A program made the position numbers and the translations under genes. From IMG/VR virus record IMGVR_UViG_3300024996_000004: a DNA stretch of 64,000 nucleotides. The stretch is one strand, 5' to 3'. Each line of letters begins with the position of its first letter. Position 1 is the stretch's first letter. Below the pieces are notes generated by a model, which saw only the letters and a program-made list of their open reading frames with translations, did no database searches and had not been told where the DNA came from. Shown here one piece after another: positions 17,476-27,544 of the stretch. The stretch is from a virus.

Positions 17476-17757
17476 TTATACTTGTAGTGATTCGGGATAT
17501 TTATAGGTAAAATATGCAGCACGCTCATTCAATTGATTAAACAAGTTTATGTAAGCGAATTGTTTGCTATAACATTCAACATAATCTCTAAAAGACTCAA
17601 AATAACACAGATTTTTGTAACGTGGAAATTTGAACTGTAAATCTAGATTAAAATTACCATAATTGATGTGTAAAATATCTGTCACGATTCCATCAATTGA
17701 GCATGTAACATAATTCCAATAATTAATTCTATCAAAATCTAGATTGCTTAATTTCAT
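17476..17757 (-). CDS. Hypothetical protein
   Basis: ORF; AATAAATA late-like promoter upstream. Confidence 0.65.
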   Translation of the reverse strand: MKLSNLDFDRINYWNYVTCSIDGIVTDILHINYGNFNLDLQFKFPRYKNLCYFESFRDYVECYSKQFAYINLFNQLNERAAYFTYKYPESLQV

Positions 17758-17819
17758 GAACGAAGCCTTACTTAAAATTATTTATTGTCATAAATAACAA
17801 TATTAATGAAACGTTATCT

Positions 17820-18428
17820 ATGAGCCTTTTCGAAGACATAATTTTACAAGAACACCAGAAAGCTTCTCAAAAAGAACTTGAATATACGTGTTCTCTGATC
17901 AATAAAACTTATAATGAATGGCGTAAAATTCGTAGACGGATTAATGCAGTAGATATCATCACCACCACTGTTAATAGAATAATCAAAATAAATCCAGCAG
18001 CTATAAGTTTTCTTAATCATGAAATGAAATTGAAAGTTGCTATAATAATCATGCGATGCATGGACAATCCTTATTGGAAACCCATTGCAACTAAACAAAA
18101 AATATATGATAAATTATTTCCTTTATTAAAATCTGTAGAAAATATCAAACTTGATACTGGTACTGATGGCACTCTTAAACAAACTATATTAACTCGTTTA
18201 AGTGCCAATTTAGCGATGCAAGATGAGGATAACAAAGGAAAATACATGGTCTGCTATGAGCCTACGATGCCAAAAAGTTATTCAAGATATCTTTTAGGTG
18301 ATCATCATCCAGAAAAAATCTATAAAATGCAATCTCTGTCACTATCGGGAGATTTTGACACCATGATAGATACTTTAAAAATAGATTTAAAGAAAGCTAA
18401 GAAAAAATTTGAAGAAACTAAAAAATAA
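17820..18428 (+). CDS. Hypothetical late protein (putative head-associated)
   Basis: CATAAATA at 17789; MSLFEDIILQE N-terminus. Confidence 0.75.
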   Translation: MSLFEDIILQEHQKASQKELEYTCSLINKTYNEWRKIRRRINAVDIITTTVNRIIKINPAAISFLNHEMKLKVAIIIMRCMDNPYWKPIATKQKIYDKLFPLLKSVENIKLDTGTDGTLKQTILTRLSANLAMQDEDNKGKYMVCYEPTMPKSYSRYLLGDHHPEKIYKMQSLSLSGDFDTMIDTLKIDLKKAKKKFEETKK

Positions 18429-18455
18429 TAAATATAATATATTGAGATTTGAATT

Positions 18456-19184
18456 ATGACAACTCCACAACTCCCATATGGTTTAGGCCATGTCATTACT
18501 ACTGATGAAAGAGATAAGAATTTCTTGCTTTCGTCTATTTTACCACCGGAAGAACCATTTATTACTGAAAAAACTTGGTGGGAAGATGGTTGGTGGGGTG
18601 ATCAAGGTCAGACTTCAGAATGTACAGCTTATTCTTGGTCACATTGGTTAGAAGATAATCCTATGCAACAAACTGAAATACCAAATTGTCCAAAACCGTT
18701 GTATAAACCGGATCAATTGTATAGAAAGTTTCAAGCTAATGATGGTATCCCCGGTCCACATGAAGGATCAACCATTCGTGCAGGCGCTAAAGTTCTTAAG
18801 GAAACTGGTTTGATTTCTCAATATCTATGGGCTTCTAATATAGGTGATATTATTAAATGTTTGTTAACATTAGGTCCGATGGTTGTAGGTACTTTATGGT
18901 ATACTAATATGTTTAAGCCTAATGCTCAAGGTTTAGTGACTCCTACGGGTAATATTGCTGGTGGTCACGCTTATCTTCTTAATGGTGTTGATACTGTTAA
19001 GAGATTAATCCGTATAAAGAACAGTTGGGGACGTTCTTATGGAATTAATGGTAATGTTTATATTTCATTTGATGATTTTGAAAAATTGTTTATTCAAGGT
19101 GGACAAGGATGTATGGCATTAGCTCAAAAAATTACTTCACTTCCTTCATTAGATTCTATAGCAAATAGTGTTGATGCACCATAA
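18456..19184 (+). CDS. Papain-like (C1) cysteine peptidase
   Basis: DQGQTSECTAYS, GGHAYLL.G, IKNSWG. Confidence 0.88.
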   Translation: MTTPQLPYGLGHVITTDERDKNFLLSSILPPEEPFITEKTWWEDGWWGDQGQTSECTAYSWSHWLEDNPMQQTEIPNCPKPLYKPDQLYRKFQANDGIPGPHEGSTIRAGAKVLKETGLISQYLWASNIGDIIKCLLTLGPMVVGTLWYTNMFKPNAQGLVTPTGNIAGGHAYLLNGVDTVKRLIRIKNSWGRSYGINGNVYISFDDFEKLFIQGGQGCMALAQKITSLPSLDSIANSVDAP

Positions 19185-19211
19185 AATGTAGAATCAATTG
19201 ATTCTACATTT
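19185..19211. terminator. Palindrome between convergent genes
   Basis: AATGTAGAATCAATTGATTCTACATT. Confidence 0.65.
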
Positions 19212-20514
19212 ATTTCAATTGTTTAATGAGTTGTTCAATATTTAACATATATTCTTTATTTGCATTAGTTGATTTGCAGTAATGTAGACGATCATTTAAT
19301 GTCAAATATTTTGATCCAAGTTTGTCAATTTCTTCTACAGTCAAATGATAAAAATTCATAGATAATAATGCATCAAGATGATCAACATTGAATTTTAATG
19401 ATATCAGATCGTCGGAAAGTATTTTCTTGGACTTATTCTTAAATTCTATCTTATTTTCCAATACAAGTTCAATAAATTTCATTTTGGCTTTCAATAATGC
19501 CATATCAGCAATTAAACGTGATATTTCAGTTTTAATGCGTAAATCAACATATGTTATTCTGAAATCACAAAAATCTTTAATTAATTGAATAGGATTATCA
19601 TATTCTTTTAATTTACCATTTTGATCAATTACATTAAGATTTTCTGTAATGCTGCGTCGAAGTTTAAAAATTTTTTCGATATCTCCTTTAAAACCTCTAC
19701 GCAATTTAATTATAAATCTAAATCCATCATCGCACGGATCATCATATCCTGCAATAATACCCTTTTCCTCAAGATCGTCCAGAACTTCAATATAATGCTC
19801 TCGATCATATTGATAAGGAACTTCATTAATTTCCAATTTAGTTTCAGAAATTTTAGTGTAATTACCAATTAAATCAAATCCGCCTTTTGCGTTCCTTTCA
19901 ACCTTTCCCGAAAATTGTGGAAACTTTGGTATCAAACTATAATTATCAATATTTTTACCGCCTAAATAAGCTTTGCAGAGCTTCGCAATCTCTAGAGCAT
20001 CGTAGGGAAGGATAAGAGTTGCGTAGCCTGTGGCAGTCCCCTTTACGCCGTTAACGAGTACAAACGGAATGATAGGAAGATAAAACTTTGGGATGAGAAT
20101 TTCTTCGTCGGGATGCTCGGGAGCTAAATCATCATCAATAAAGAAATTAGTATAATTTTTATGTAATTTAGCAAACACGTATCGTGCTGCTGAAGCTTTT
20201 GGTACTAATCTAGTACCAAAATTACCATCACCTTCTAACAATGGATAATTATTCTGCCATTCTGCCGCCATATTGATAGCTGCATCTTGTGCAGAAGTTT
20301 CAGCGTGATGATATCCATAAGAACTTACTGAACCAGCAATTTCAGCAACTTTTTTGAATTTATCTTTAGCATTCTTCAAAGTGGAATAAAGAATGAATCG
20401 TTGACTTGGTTTCAAGCCGTCTATTACATTAGGAACTGCTCGATCTTCTAGATTATAAATTGCAAACTCAAGCCAATCATGGTGAGTCATTTGAGTTAGT
20501 GTTTTAATATTCAT
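19210..20514 (-). CDS. 52: DNA topoisomerase II medium subunit (T4 gp52-like)
   Basis: DGLKPSQR, YHHAE, GNFG, SAARY active-site Tyr. Confidence 0.95.
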   Translation of the reverse strand: MNIKTLTQMTHHDWLEFAIYNLEDRAVPNVIDGLKPSQRFILYSTLKNAKDKFKKVAEIAGSVSSYGYHHAETSAQDAAINMAAEWQNNYPLLEGDGNFGTRLVPKASAARYVFAKLHKNYTNFFIDDDLAPEHPDEEILIPKFYLPIIPFVLVNGVKGTATGYATLILPYDALEIAKLCKAYLGGKNIDNYSLIPKFPQFSGKVERNAKGGFDLIGNYTKISETKLEINEVPYQYDREHYIEVLDDLEEKGIIAGYDDPCDDGFRFIIKLRRGFKGDIEKIFKLRRSITENLNVIDQNGKLKEYDNPIQLIKDFCDFRITYVDLRIKTEISRLIADMALLKAKMKFIELVLENKIEFKNKSKKILSDDLISLKFNVDHLDALLSMNFYHLTVEEIDKLGSKYLTLNDRLHYCKSTNANKEYMLNIEQLIKQLK

Positions 20515-22367
20515 TAATTGTTCATCATAAATTGTTTGCGTAATTCTGGATCATCTCCATACATCATTTTGAACAATGATGGATCATCAATTGATACAGT
20601 AATCAAATTTGGTTTAGTTATCATATCTCTATATTCTGATAATCTCAAGCTTCCCAATCCTTTGATATAAGCTAAATCATATTCTTTTGTATTTCCTTTG
20701 AATTTTTCTAGTTCTTCTTTAGAATAAAAATAATGACTATTCTTTTTTCCGCGAAGGATATATCGTGGAGAATTCAAAATTTTAATACGCTCTTGTTCGA
20801 ACAATTCAGGCCAATTATAAAAGAAATTTAGAAGCAAACATCGAATAGCTCCACCATCTACATCTTGATCCGTCATAATTACTATATTATGGTAATTCAT
20901 ATTTTTGGATGATTTACCCAATTCTAATCCTAGAATTGCCATAAGCTCACTTAATTCTTTATTCGATAGAATCGTACTTGGTTTTTCACCATAAGTATTC
21001 ATGATCTTTCCGCGCAATGGAAATGCGCCTTGAGTTTTTCCATTTCTCACTGATATGAAAGGTGCAATAGCACTATCGCCTTCGGCCAAGAATAATGAGG
21101 TTTCTCCAATGATTTTTGATGATGCTGGAATATGTTTAGCCACTTTCAAAGTTTTTAATTTCTTACCAGCTGCACGTTCTAATTTTGCATCTTCCAATAA
21201 TTGTTTGGCTAACTGTGTTTCAATAATTGGAGTGATGATTGATTCATTTTTTAATATTTGCTTAGCAATATTTTCATAATCAATATGTCCAAGATGAGCA
21301 GCTATCTCTGTATTTGAATTAGTCATGCGTTCTTTAGCTTGAGAATCAAATTTCAAATCTGGAAAATTTCTAATGATAGAAATGAGTTGAATATGAGATT
21401 TTATCTGTGCTGGAGACACATCGAATTTATGTTTCTTTTTAATTCCTTCTCGTAATGTAGAAACTAAATTATTCATTATATAATCAATATGTGATCCACC
21501 GTTATACAATATTAAGCCATTAACAACACTATGAAATCTAACATCACCATCACTAGATGACATAAATCCTAGAACAACATTTTTATCGTTATACACAATA
21601 GCATGAGGATCATAATGTTCCATGTAATGTTTAACAGTTTCCATTTTAATTAGATTACCATTAAATTTAATGGATATGCTTGGAAAAGCCATAATAAGAT
21701 TTCGCAATCTATCCTCAACTAAATTAATAATTACGTCGTCAAAGTTTTCAACATTGAACCGAGCAAAATCGGGTTCTATAACCACTTTTGTAAATTTTTT
21801 GGTAGAAGTTTTTACTTTAATGGATTGAATAATGGCATTGTTTTTACAAACCACTTTAAAATGATGTTTACCGTCTGAAGTTTCGCCTTCAAATAATTTA
21901 CTATAGCAGTTTGATAAAACTGCGCCCAAACCGTTCATACCTGCACCAGTTCTATTGACATCATCGTTGAAATTTGTACCAGCTTTGGTACGACACCATG
22001 CAGCTTCTGGACGATAAATTATTTTGTCATTAGTATCTTTTATTTTCTCAACAGGTATGCCTCTACCATTATCTCTGATAGAAAACATAGTTGGAGTCAT
22101 TTCAATTTCAATTTTATTAGCAAATTTTCCCGAAGTTCGTACAAATTCGTCTGTAGCATTGTCTATCAATTCATTGACAATCTTGAATAAACCGGGAACA
22201 TAATTTATTTCAGTGTATTTGTAGTTTAAAAATAATTTTTTTGGTTCTTTTGCAATAGAACCAATATACATTGAACTTCTTAATAGAATATGTTCAATAT
22301 CCGTAAGTATTTTAAATTCGTCAGTTTTCAACGTTATTCCTTTATCAAATAAAAAATCTGGAATCAT
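20514..22367 (-). CDS. 39: DNA topoisomerase II large subunit (gp39+gp60 in one ORF)
   Basis: EHILLR, ELIDNA.D, DNGRGIP, EGDSA, PLRGK, MTDQDVDG, YIKGLGS. Confidence 0.95.
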   Translation of the reverse strand: MIPDFLFDKGITLKTDEFKILTDIEHILLRSSMYIGSIAKEPKKLFLNYKYTEINYVPGLFKIVNELIDNATDEFVRTSGKFANKIEIEMTPTMFSIRDNGRGIPVEKIKDTNDKIIYRPEAAWCRTKAGTNFNDDVNRTGAGMNGLGAVLSNCYSKLFEGETSDGKHHFKVVCKNNAIIQSIKVKTSTKKFTKVVIEPDFARFNVENFDDVIINLVEDRLRNLIMAFPSISIKFNGNLIKMETVKHYMEHYDPHAIVYNDKNVVLGFMSSSDGDVRFHSVVNGLILYNGGSHIDYIMNNLVSTLREGIKKKHKFDVSPAQIKSHIQLISIIRNFPDLKFDSQAKERMTNSNTEIAAHLGHIDYENIAKQILKNESIITPIIETQLAKQLLEDAKLERAAGKKLKTLKVAKHIPASSKIIGETSLFLAEGDSAIAPFISVRNGKTQGAFPLRGKIMNTYGEKPSTILSNKELSELMAILGLELGKSSKNMNYHNIVIMTDQDVDGGAIRCLLLNFFYNWPELFEQERIKILNSPRYILRGKKNSHYFYSKEELEKFKGNTKEYDLAYIKGLGSLRLSEYRDMITKPNLITVSIDDPSLFKMMYGDDPELRKQFMMNN

Positions 22368-22407
22368 TACAATTCCAGATTTTCATATTATCACAATTAA
22401 GCAGATA

Positions 22408-22749
22408 TTAGAAGTGTGACTTCATCAACTTTTCAAGTGAAACGCGCTTACGAACTACACCACTCTTTGTAGTCTTTTGTAAGCGTACTGAAGATATTCT
22501 ATCCTGTTCAAGATATGCATTCTTCGTGAATGACCATACACGACCATCTGGCGTAATTGCATAATTACTAAAACCTTTCACAATCCTATCAAGAGGAACA
22601 TCTTTCCATTTATTACCGGCAACAATATTGTTAACGTGACGAACGCTAATTCCAAACTTTCTTGCTAACTGTTCTGAAGTAGTACCAATACTATGAAGTC
22701 TACGAATATCAATTACATCCGATAGAACTAATTTTGTTTCTTTATTCAT
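22408..22749 (-). CDS. HTH + NUMOD4-like DNA-binding protein
   Basis: EQLARKFGISVRHVNNIVAGNKWK then KGFSNYAITPDGRVWS; no HNH. Confidence 0.7.
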   Translation of the reverse strand: MNKETKLVLSDVIDIRRLHSIGTTSEQLARKFGISVRHVNNIVAGNKWKDVPLDRIVKGFSNYAITPDGRVWSFTKNAYLEQDRISSVRLQKTTKSGVVRKRVSLEKLMKSHF

Positions 22750-22792
22750 TTCACTCTCCTATAATTTTTAGAGTGATTACATTATCTAAGAA

Positions 22793-23191
22793 TTATAAAC
22801 CATTGTCAATATCTTCGTTTAATACTGTCGGTTGTGGACTGTTTTTATTTTCGGTAGGAAACGCTATAATAGAACTGTACATTCTCACAGCTATTAATTC
22901 TGTTAGAATTCCTTTAAGTAGATCGTTGTGAACTCTGATGTTATCAAACAATGAATCAATAGAGAACTCAAATAATAACATGGTTAAAAATGCACTAATA
23001 AAATTTATTGGTGGAATTGACGTAAAATTGGATAATAAAACATAATTCCAAAACAAAAATAATAGGAATCCTTTGATAGCAGCTTTAACAAATATTTTAA
23101 ATACAACTCTGGTTAAAGTTGTAAATGGGTTTGGGATTTGGGGTGATTCAATAAATAATTTTTGCATTACAGCGTTCCTATTTTGAGACAC
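22793..23191 (-). CDS. Hypothetical membrane protein
   Basis: Two hydrophobic segments. Confidence 0.65.
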   Translation of the reverse strand: MSQNRNAVMQKLFIESPQIPNPFTTLTRVVFKIFVKAAIKGFLLFLFWNYVLLSNFTSIPPINFISAFLTMLLFEFSIDSLFDNIRVHNDLLKGILTELIAVRMYSSIIAFPTENKNSPQPTVLNEDIDNGL

Positions 23192-23208
23192 TATAACATA
23201 GATACGAT

Positions 23209-23568
23209 TTAAATGTTAGGAGTTTCTGTTTGATAATTCCAAAAATCTAAATTTTCTGGCATTCCATAATAACCAATATAATTTGGAGTTACGACAGGTG
23301 ACGGACATGGGCCAGTAAGAATAGTTTCTAGTGCTGTAATAGCATCATTCATTGTAGGAAATGCTAATGCATCATCTACTGTATAAGTTCCTGCGTTGCA
23401 AGTTAATAAAACAATATATGATATTTTTGATTCATATCCCGGAGAAGTATCAGTCGGAATAATTTGGATTTTTGATTGTAAACACTTACCTTGTTCCACT
23501 TTGTTATCAGTCGTAATCAGCCATACAGTATCACCCGGATTAAATTGATAAGATATTGAACTACTCAT
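23209..23568 (-). CDS. Small structural protein with FNxGD anchor-like domain
   Basis: YQFNPGDTVW resembles N-termini of 37442 and 40631 proteins; PSPVVTP tail. Confidence 0.7.
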   Translation of the reverse strand: MSSSISYQFNPGDTVWLITTDNKVEQGKCLQSKIQIIPTDTSPGYESKISYIVLLTCNAGTYTVDDALAFPTMNDAITALETILTGPCPSPVVTPNYIGYYGMPENLDFWNYQTETPNI

Positions 23569-23591
23569 AATTATATGTCTCTTTAATATAT

Positions 23592-24260
23592 TTATGATAT
23601 AGAGGGTGGTAGTAAGAAAATATCTCTACTAACAGTTTCCGCACGACTACTAAAAGTAGTATATCCATATTGATTATATTTCGCAGTAATATCTTTTATA
23701 TCAGTGGAACCTGCGACTTCAAAAATAATGATAGGACGGTGAGAAATATCATGATCGATATAACGTAACAATCCTTCCAATATTAATATATCATAACCTT
23801 CCGCATCAATTTTAATTAAATCAGGCTTTAATGCGGGATAAGATTGTAACAATAAATCACTTAAGTTGATGGAAGTGAATCGTAATAGTGATTCGTCTGT
23901 CATGTTATTGTTTTCTTTAATTACTCTTGATAAACCTAAATTTATTGGAGTTTGATCAAAATATAAACATACTGGTTCAGGAACATTTCCAACAACTCCA
24001 TTAATGTAAATATAATTATCTGGAAATTTATGTTTTGAATATTCAAGTAATTGTGGAATAGGTTCGATTAATATGGCATCAGATATTGAAACATGTTCAC
24101 TTATTAATTCTATGAATTTTCCAATATTAGAACCAACATCAAGTACCGTGTATTGACGTTCTGGGTTTAGAAAAGTTACAGTTTCTTTAGCTAAACCTAT
24201 AACATGTCTAGTGCATTCGACATCCCAATTTTTTATTACATCATCTGATAGTTTTGTCAT
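23592..24260 (-). CDS. FkbM-family methyltransferase
   Basis: VLDVGSNIG, IEP, LIKIDAEGYD..IL.G, P.IIFE. Confidence 0.9.
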   Translation of the reverse strand: MTKLSDDVIKNWDVECTRHVIGLAKETVTFLNPERQYTVLDVGSNIGKFIELISEHVSISDAILIEPIPQLLEYSKHKFPDNYIYINGVVGNVPEPVCLYFDQTPINLGLSRVIKENNNMTDESLLRFTSINLSDLLLQSYPALKPDLIKIDAEGYDILILEGLLRYIDHDISHRPIIIFEVAGSTDIKDITAKYNQYGYTTFSSRAETVSRDIFLLPPSIS

Positions 24261-24262
24261 AA

Positions 24263-25003
24263 TTATTTCAAAGATAGATCATTATCAATAGCATTCTTTT
24301 TAAGGTCGGATAATTTTTGCAAATATCCATTATTTCTTAAAGTTTTAAACACTAAATTTTCCATGGAGAATTCTCCACCGCGTACAATGGAAGCTTTACG
24401 CATTTTTGCAATTTTATCTTTTAATCGTTGAATAGTTTCTTCGGAGCTATTTTTATCTAACATATCAACTTCACTCATTAACTCTTTAGCTTTTCTTTTT
24501 ATTTGTTCAGTATCATATATTAAATCGTCTTCTTTTGTTGGAATTTGAATCCATTCTTGTTTAGCTAAAGAATAGACTCCAGCATTGCCTGTAATAGGCG
24601 AATCTTTGGGTGCAACAAAAACTTCCACATTTTGTTTTTTAATTGTAATATCATGTTCGTCATTCCATAAACTTTTTTTAGCCATAAAACAATCATTCAA
24701 ATCGAATCCTGAACTATTATCATCGCAGTTTTTACAAATTGCAGTGTAATCTAATATGATATGTAAGTCAATGTCTGATAATTTTGACCAATTATAGTTA
24801 GCATTTGATCCTGTAAAAATAACATCAATAACTTTAGAAGCTTCAACTTTAAGATATTCTAAAAATGCATTAGTAATGTTTTGTAATGCTTCTTCAACGT
24901 CAGGAAGAAGCTCCATTGTTTCAATGTCCCATAACTTTGGATTTAAAGTTTTATGATACTCAAGCTTGGTTTTAAAATTTTTTGATATTTCATTCAATAA
25001 CAT
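24263..25003 (-). CDS. Pol-beta-superfamily nucleotidyltransferase
   Basis: TGSNANYNWSKLSDIDLH; GEFSMENLVFKTLR; MLLNEI leader. Confidence 0.8.
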   Translation of the reverse strand: MLLNEISKNFKTKLEYHKTLNPKLWDIETMELLPDVEEALQNITNAFLEYLKVEASKVIDVIFTGSNANYNWSKLSDIDLHIILDYTAICKNCDDNSSGFDLNDCFMAKKSLWNDEHDITIKKQNVEVFVAPKDSPITGNAGVYSLAKQEWIQIPTKEDDLIYDTEQIKRKAKELMSEVDMLDKNSSEETIQRLKDKIAKMRKASIVRGGEFSMENLVFKTLRNNGYLQKLSDLKKNAIDNDLSLK

Positions 25004-25027
25004 TAGAAAAAATTTCCATAATTCTTT

Positions 25028-25690
25028 CTATTTATTCGATAAATCCTGTAATTCCTTTATTCCAAGTTCAATTACACCTTCAATGTTATCTCGTGCAAGC
25101 TTTTCATAATTCGAATAAAAATAATCAGTATAGAATATATTGGATTTCTTTAATAAGGTAGACAAAAATTCTATTCTTTTAGTTAAAAAGATTTTTTCAT
25201 CTAAAGCTAATGGAGCAAATTCTTTAAATATTTTGCCAGAATCGTTATAAACTTCTTGAAATGGTTTAGAAAATCCAACTAAATCCACATCGAGAATAAT
25301 AGGCGTTGTCGGATATTTGAACTCTTTAATATCTTCTAAATGTCTTGCAGTGTATTGAATGTTATAAACTATCTCATCAAACTTTTTGTGCAATGTTAAT
25401 CTTTGATTATCAGACATAGAATTTTCGTCATATAACCATTCTCTGAATAAAGATGCTGACTCTGTTTCATTATTTGAATCATAATAAGGATATATGGAAT
25501 ATATCGCATCATGGAACCACCATGAATATAGAATGGTGTGTTCTTGGGAAGATGTTAAATACACATTATTTTTATATTCTGAAATTTTAGAAATGCCATA
25601 ATGAATATGATTTAAATTATGATAATATCGTTGCGGAGAATTGTATAATGGAACTAACAATGATATGGCAGATGGATGAATATTATACAT
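25028..25690 (-). CDS. HD-superfamily phosphohydrolase
   Basis: RYYHNLNHI, WFHDAIY, NETESA, T..H, LDVDL. Confidence 0.88.
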   Translation of the reverse strand: MYNIHPSAISLLVPLYNSPQRYYHNLNHIHYGISKISEYKNNVYLTSSQEHTILYSWWFHDAIYSIYPYYDSNNETESASLFREWLYDENSMSDNQRLTLHKKFDEIVYNIQYTARHLEDIKEFKYPTTPIILDVDLVGFSKPFQEVYNDSGKIFKEFAPLALDEKIFLTKRIEFLSTLLKKSNIFYTDYFYSNYEKLARDNIEGVIELGIKELQDLSNK

Positions 25691-25734
25691 AATTTTTCTC
25701 TAATTATGTTATTAGCATATCATTTCAAAACAAA

Positions 25735-26385
25735 TTATGCAATGGGATCATTAATGACGGGTTGAACTCCGAGAGAAGTTCTTCGAAACATTAAATTATC
25801 ATTATGTAAATCGTATGAATATCCCAAATTGTCAACTAATTCGCTTATTAATTCGCATGCTTGTTTGAGATTGTCATCAATAATGTAACCATATTTTTTA
25901 TCTTTACATGTGAGTATAATGGAATCACGTAACGTGCTTTGGAATCTATCTACATGACCATTTCCATTAATTATATCTTCAATCATTTCTTCAGCATTTC
26001 TAAAAGTTCTTCGAAATATAGCTTCAAATTCTTTTATAGATATTTCTTTATATGGAATTAGCTTCTCTATAGTAAAACTTCGAATCTTTCTCTCTCCAGT
26101 CCCTATATAATCTTTGATTGCATATACTCGCGGAAACCATGGATTATTGGTAGATTTAGTGTCAATAATTGTATCTATATAATCATGGAAAGGATCATGC
26201 TTGTCAGAGCGACCATTATATTTTTTAATCATATGTGGGTCTTTTCTATCCGCATGGACTACAGAAAAATATCCATATTGACTTGGATCATCATAATTTA
26301 CTTTTGATCTTCTATCTAGGTTTCTATTTACAATTTTTTCAGAACGAACAGGTTCGATATCTTCTAATAATTCTAAAATTTTCAT
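25735..26385 (-). CDS. Protein kinase-like protein
   Basis: GYFSVV loop, IKK, IEKL, DLHNDNLM, INDP; MKILELLE leader. Confidence 0.7.
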   Translation of the reverse strand: MKILELLEDIEPVRSEKIVNRNLDRRSKVNYDDPSQYGYFSVVHADRKDPHMIKKYNGRSDKHDPFHDYIDTIIDTKSTNNPWFPRVYAIKDYIGTGERKIRSFTIEKLIPYKEISIKEFEAIFRRTFRNAEEMIEDIINGNGHVDRFQSTLRDSIILTCKDKKYGYIIDDNLKQACELISELVDNLGYSYDLHNDNLMFRRTSLGVQPVINDPIA

Positions 26386-26407
26386 ATAATAACATTTTTT
26401 AATATAT

Positions 26408-27532
26408 TTATTTAAGAAATTTATTCAAATCCTTTAAAATTTGTCGTTTATCTTTAGCTTTATCCAACCCACCTGTAATGTAACTAATTGATTCATTTTC
26501 TTGGTTTGCTACTTGAATATCTCTACCCGAAATCCAACTTTGTGTCCATGGTAAAGGATTGGCGTTAGGAACTGAATATGGCAACTTAAGTCCAATTGAA
26601 TCCATACGTTTTTTGGCTATCCAATCAACATAATCTCCAAGAACATTTTCATTCAATCCTAATATAGAACCATGCTGGAATAAATAACCCGCCCACATTT
26701 TTTCTTGTTTAATGCATTCTAGAAACATATCAACAGAATATTGTTCCAATTCTTTAGATATGACATTAAATTCTTCGTCGTCTTGTGGGAGCGTTTTAAT
26801 TAAATATTGTGTAAATCCCAAATGAACGTTTTCATCTCTACAAATAAGTTTAATAATATCCGCATTGCCTACCATTAATTTTTGTTCAGCAAAAGCCCAA
26901 GAACATGCGAACGAAACGTAAAATCTTATTCCTTCTAAAATATTTGCAGCAATCAAAGCTTTCCAAATTTTTATTTTATGTTCATATTTGTTATGACCAT
27001 TAGTATAACCATTTAAATCAACATATTGATTATAATGATGTAATTCATCATAAGGTTGTGAAATATCTTTGGCTCGTTCAATGATTTCATCAATTTCTGT
27101 AACAGTATCAAATACTTCTGTAGGATTTGTGATAATGTTTCTTAAAATGTGAGAATATGAGTTCGAATGAATAGATTCAAAAAACGCCCACGCTTTACAA
27201 AAATGTTCGACTTCTGGCAATGTTGTGATAGAAGCAAATAATGTTTCGGGTGCGCGGCTTTGAACGCTATCTAATAAAGTTTGAAACTTTAAATTGCTAG
27301 TGAAAATGTGTTTGGCCGCATCTGAAAGAGTATTGTAGTCTCTTTCGTCCTTCTCCAAAGATATTTCTTGTGGTCGCCAGAAAAATCCTTCTTGTATTTC
27401 TCTAAGCTTTTGAATTCTCGGATATTTTATCTGTTCAAATCTTGATAAAGTAACACCATTATTATCATCATCCAAGAATATTTTACATTCCATAGGAGAT
27501 TTTTTGTTTTCTAAATTAAATACTGATTTCAT
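26408..27532 (-). CDS. nrdB: Ribonucleotide reductase class Ia beta subunit
   Basis: FFWRPQE, QTLLDSVQ, ESIHSNSY, LEGIRFYVSFAC, RDENVH. Confidence 0.97.
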   Translation of the reverse strand: MKSVFNLENKKSPMECKIFLDDDNNGVTLSRFEQIKYPRIQKLREIQEGFFWRPQEISLEKDERDYNTLSDAAKHIFTSNLKFQTLLDSVQSRAPETLFASITTLPEVEHFCKAWAFFESIHSNSYSHILRNIITNPTEVFDTVTEIDEIIERAKDISQPYDELHHYNQYVDLNGYTNGHNKYEHKIKIWKALIAANILEGIRFYVSFACSWAFAEQKLMVGNADIIKLICRDENVHLGFTQYLIKTLPQDDEEFNVISKELEQYSVDMFLECIKQEKMWAGYLFQHGSILGLNENVLGDYVDWIAKKRMDSIGLKLPYSVPNANPLPWTQSWISGRDIQVANQENESISYITGGLDKAKDKRQILKDLNKFLK

Positions 27533-27544
27533 TTTTATTTTCCC

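Noticed and set aside
20514-22367. Gene 60-type ribosomal bypass or split topoisomerase
   Set aside because: Single continuous ORF with all motifs
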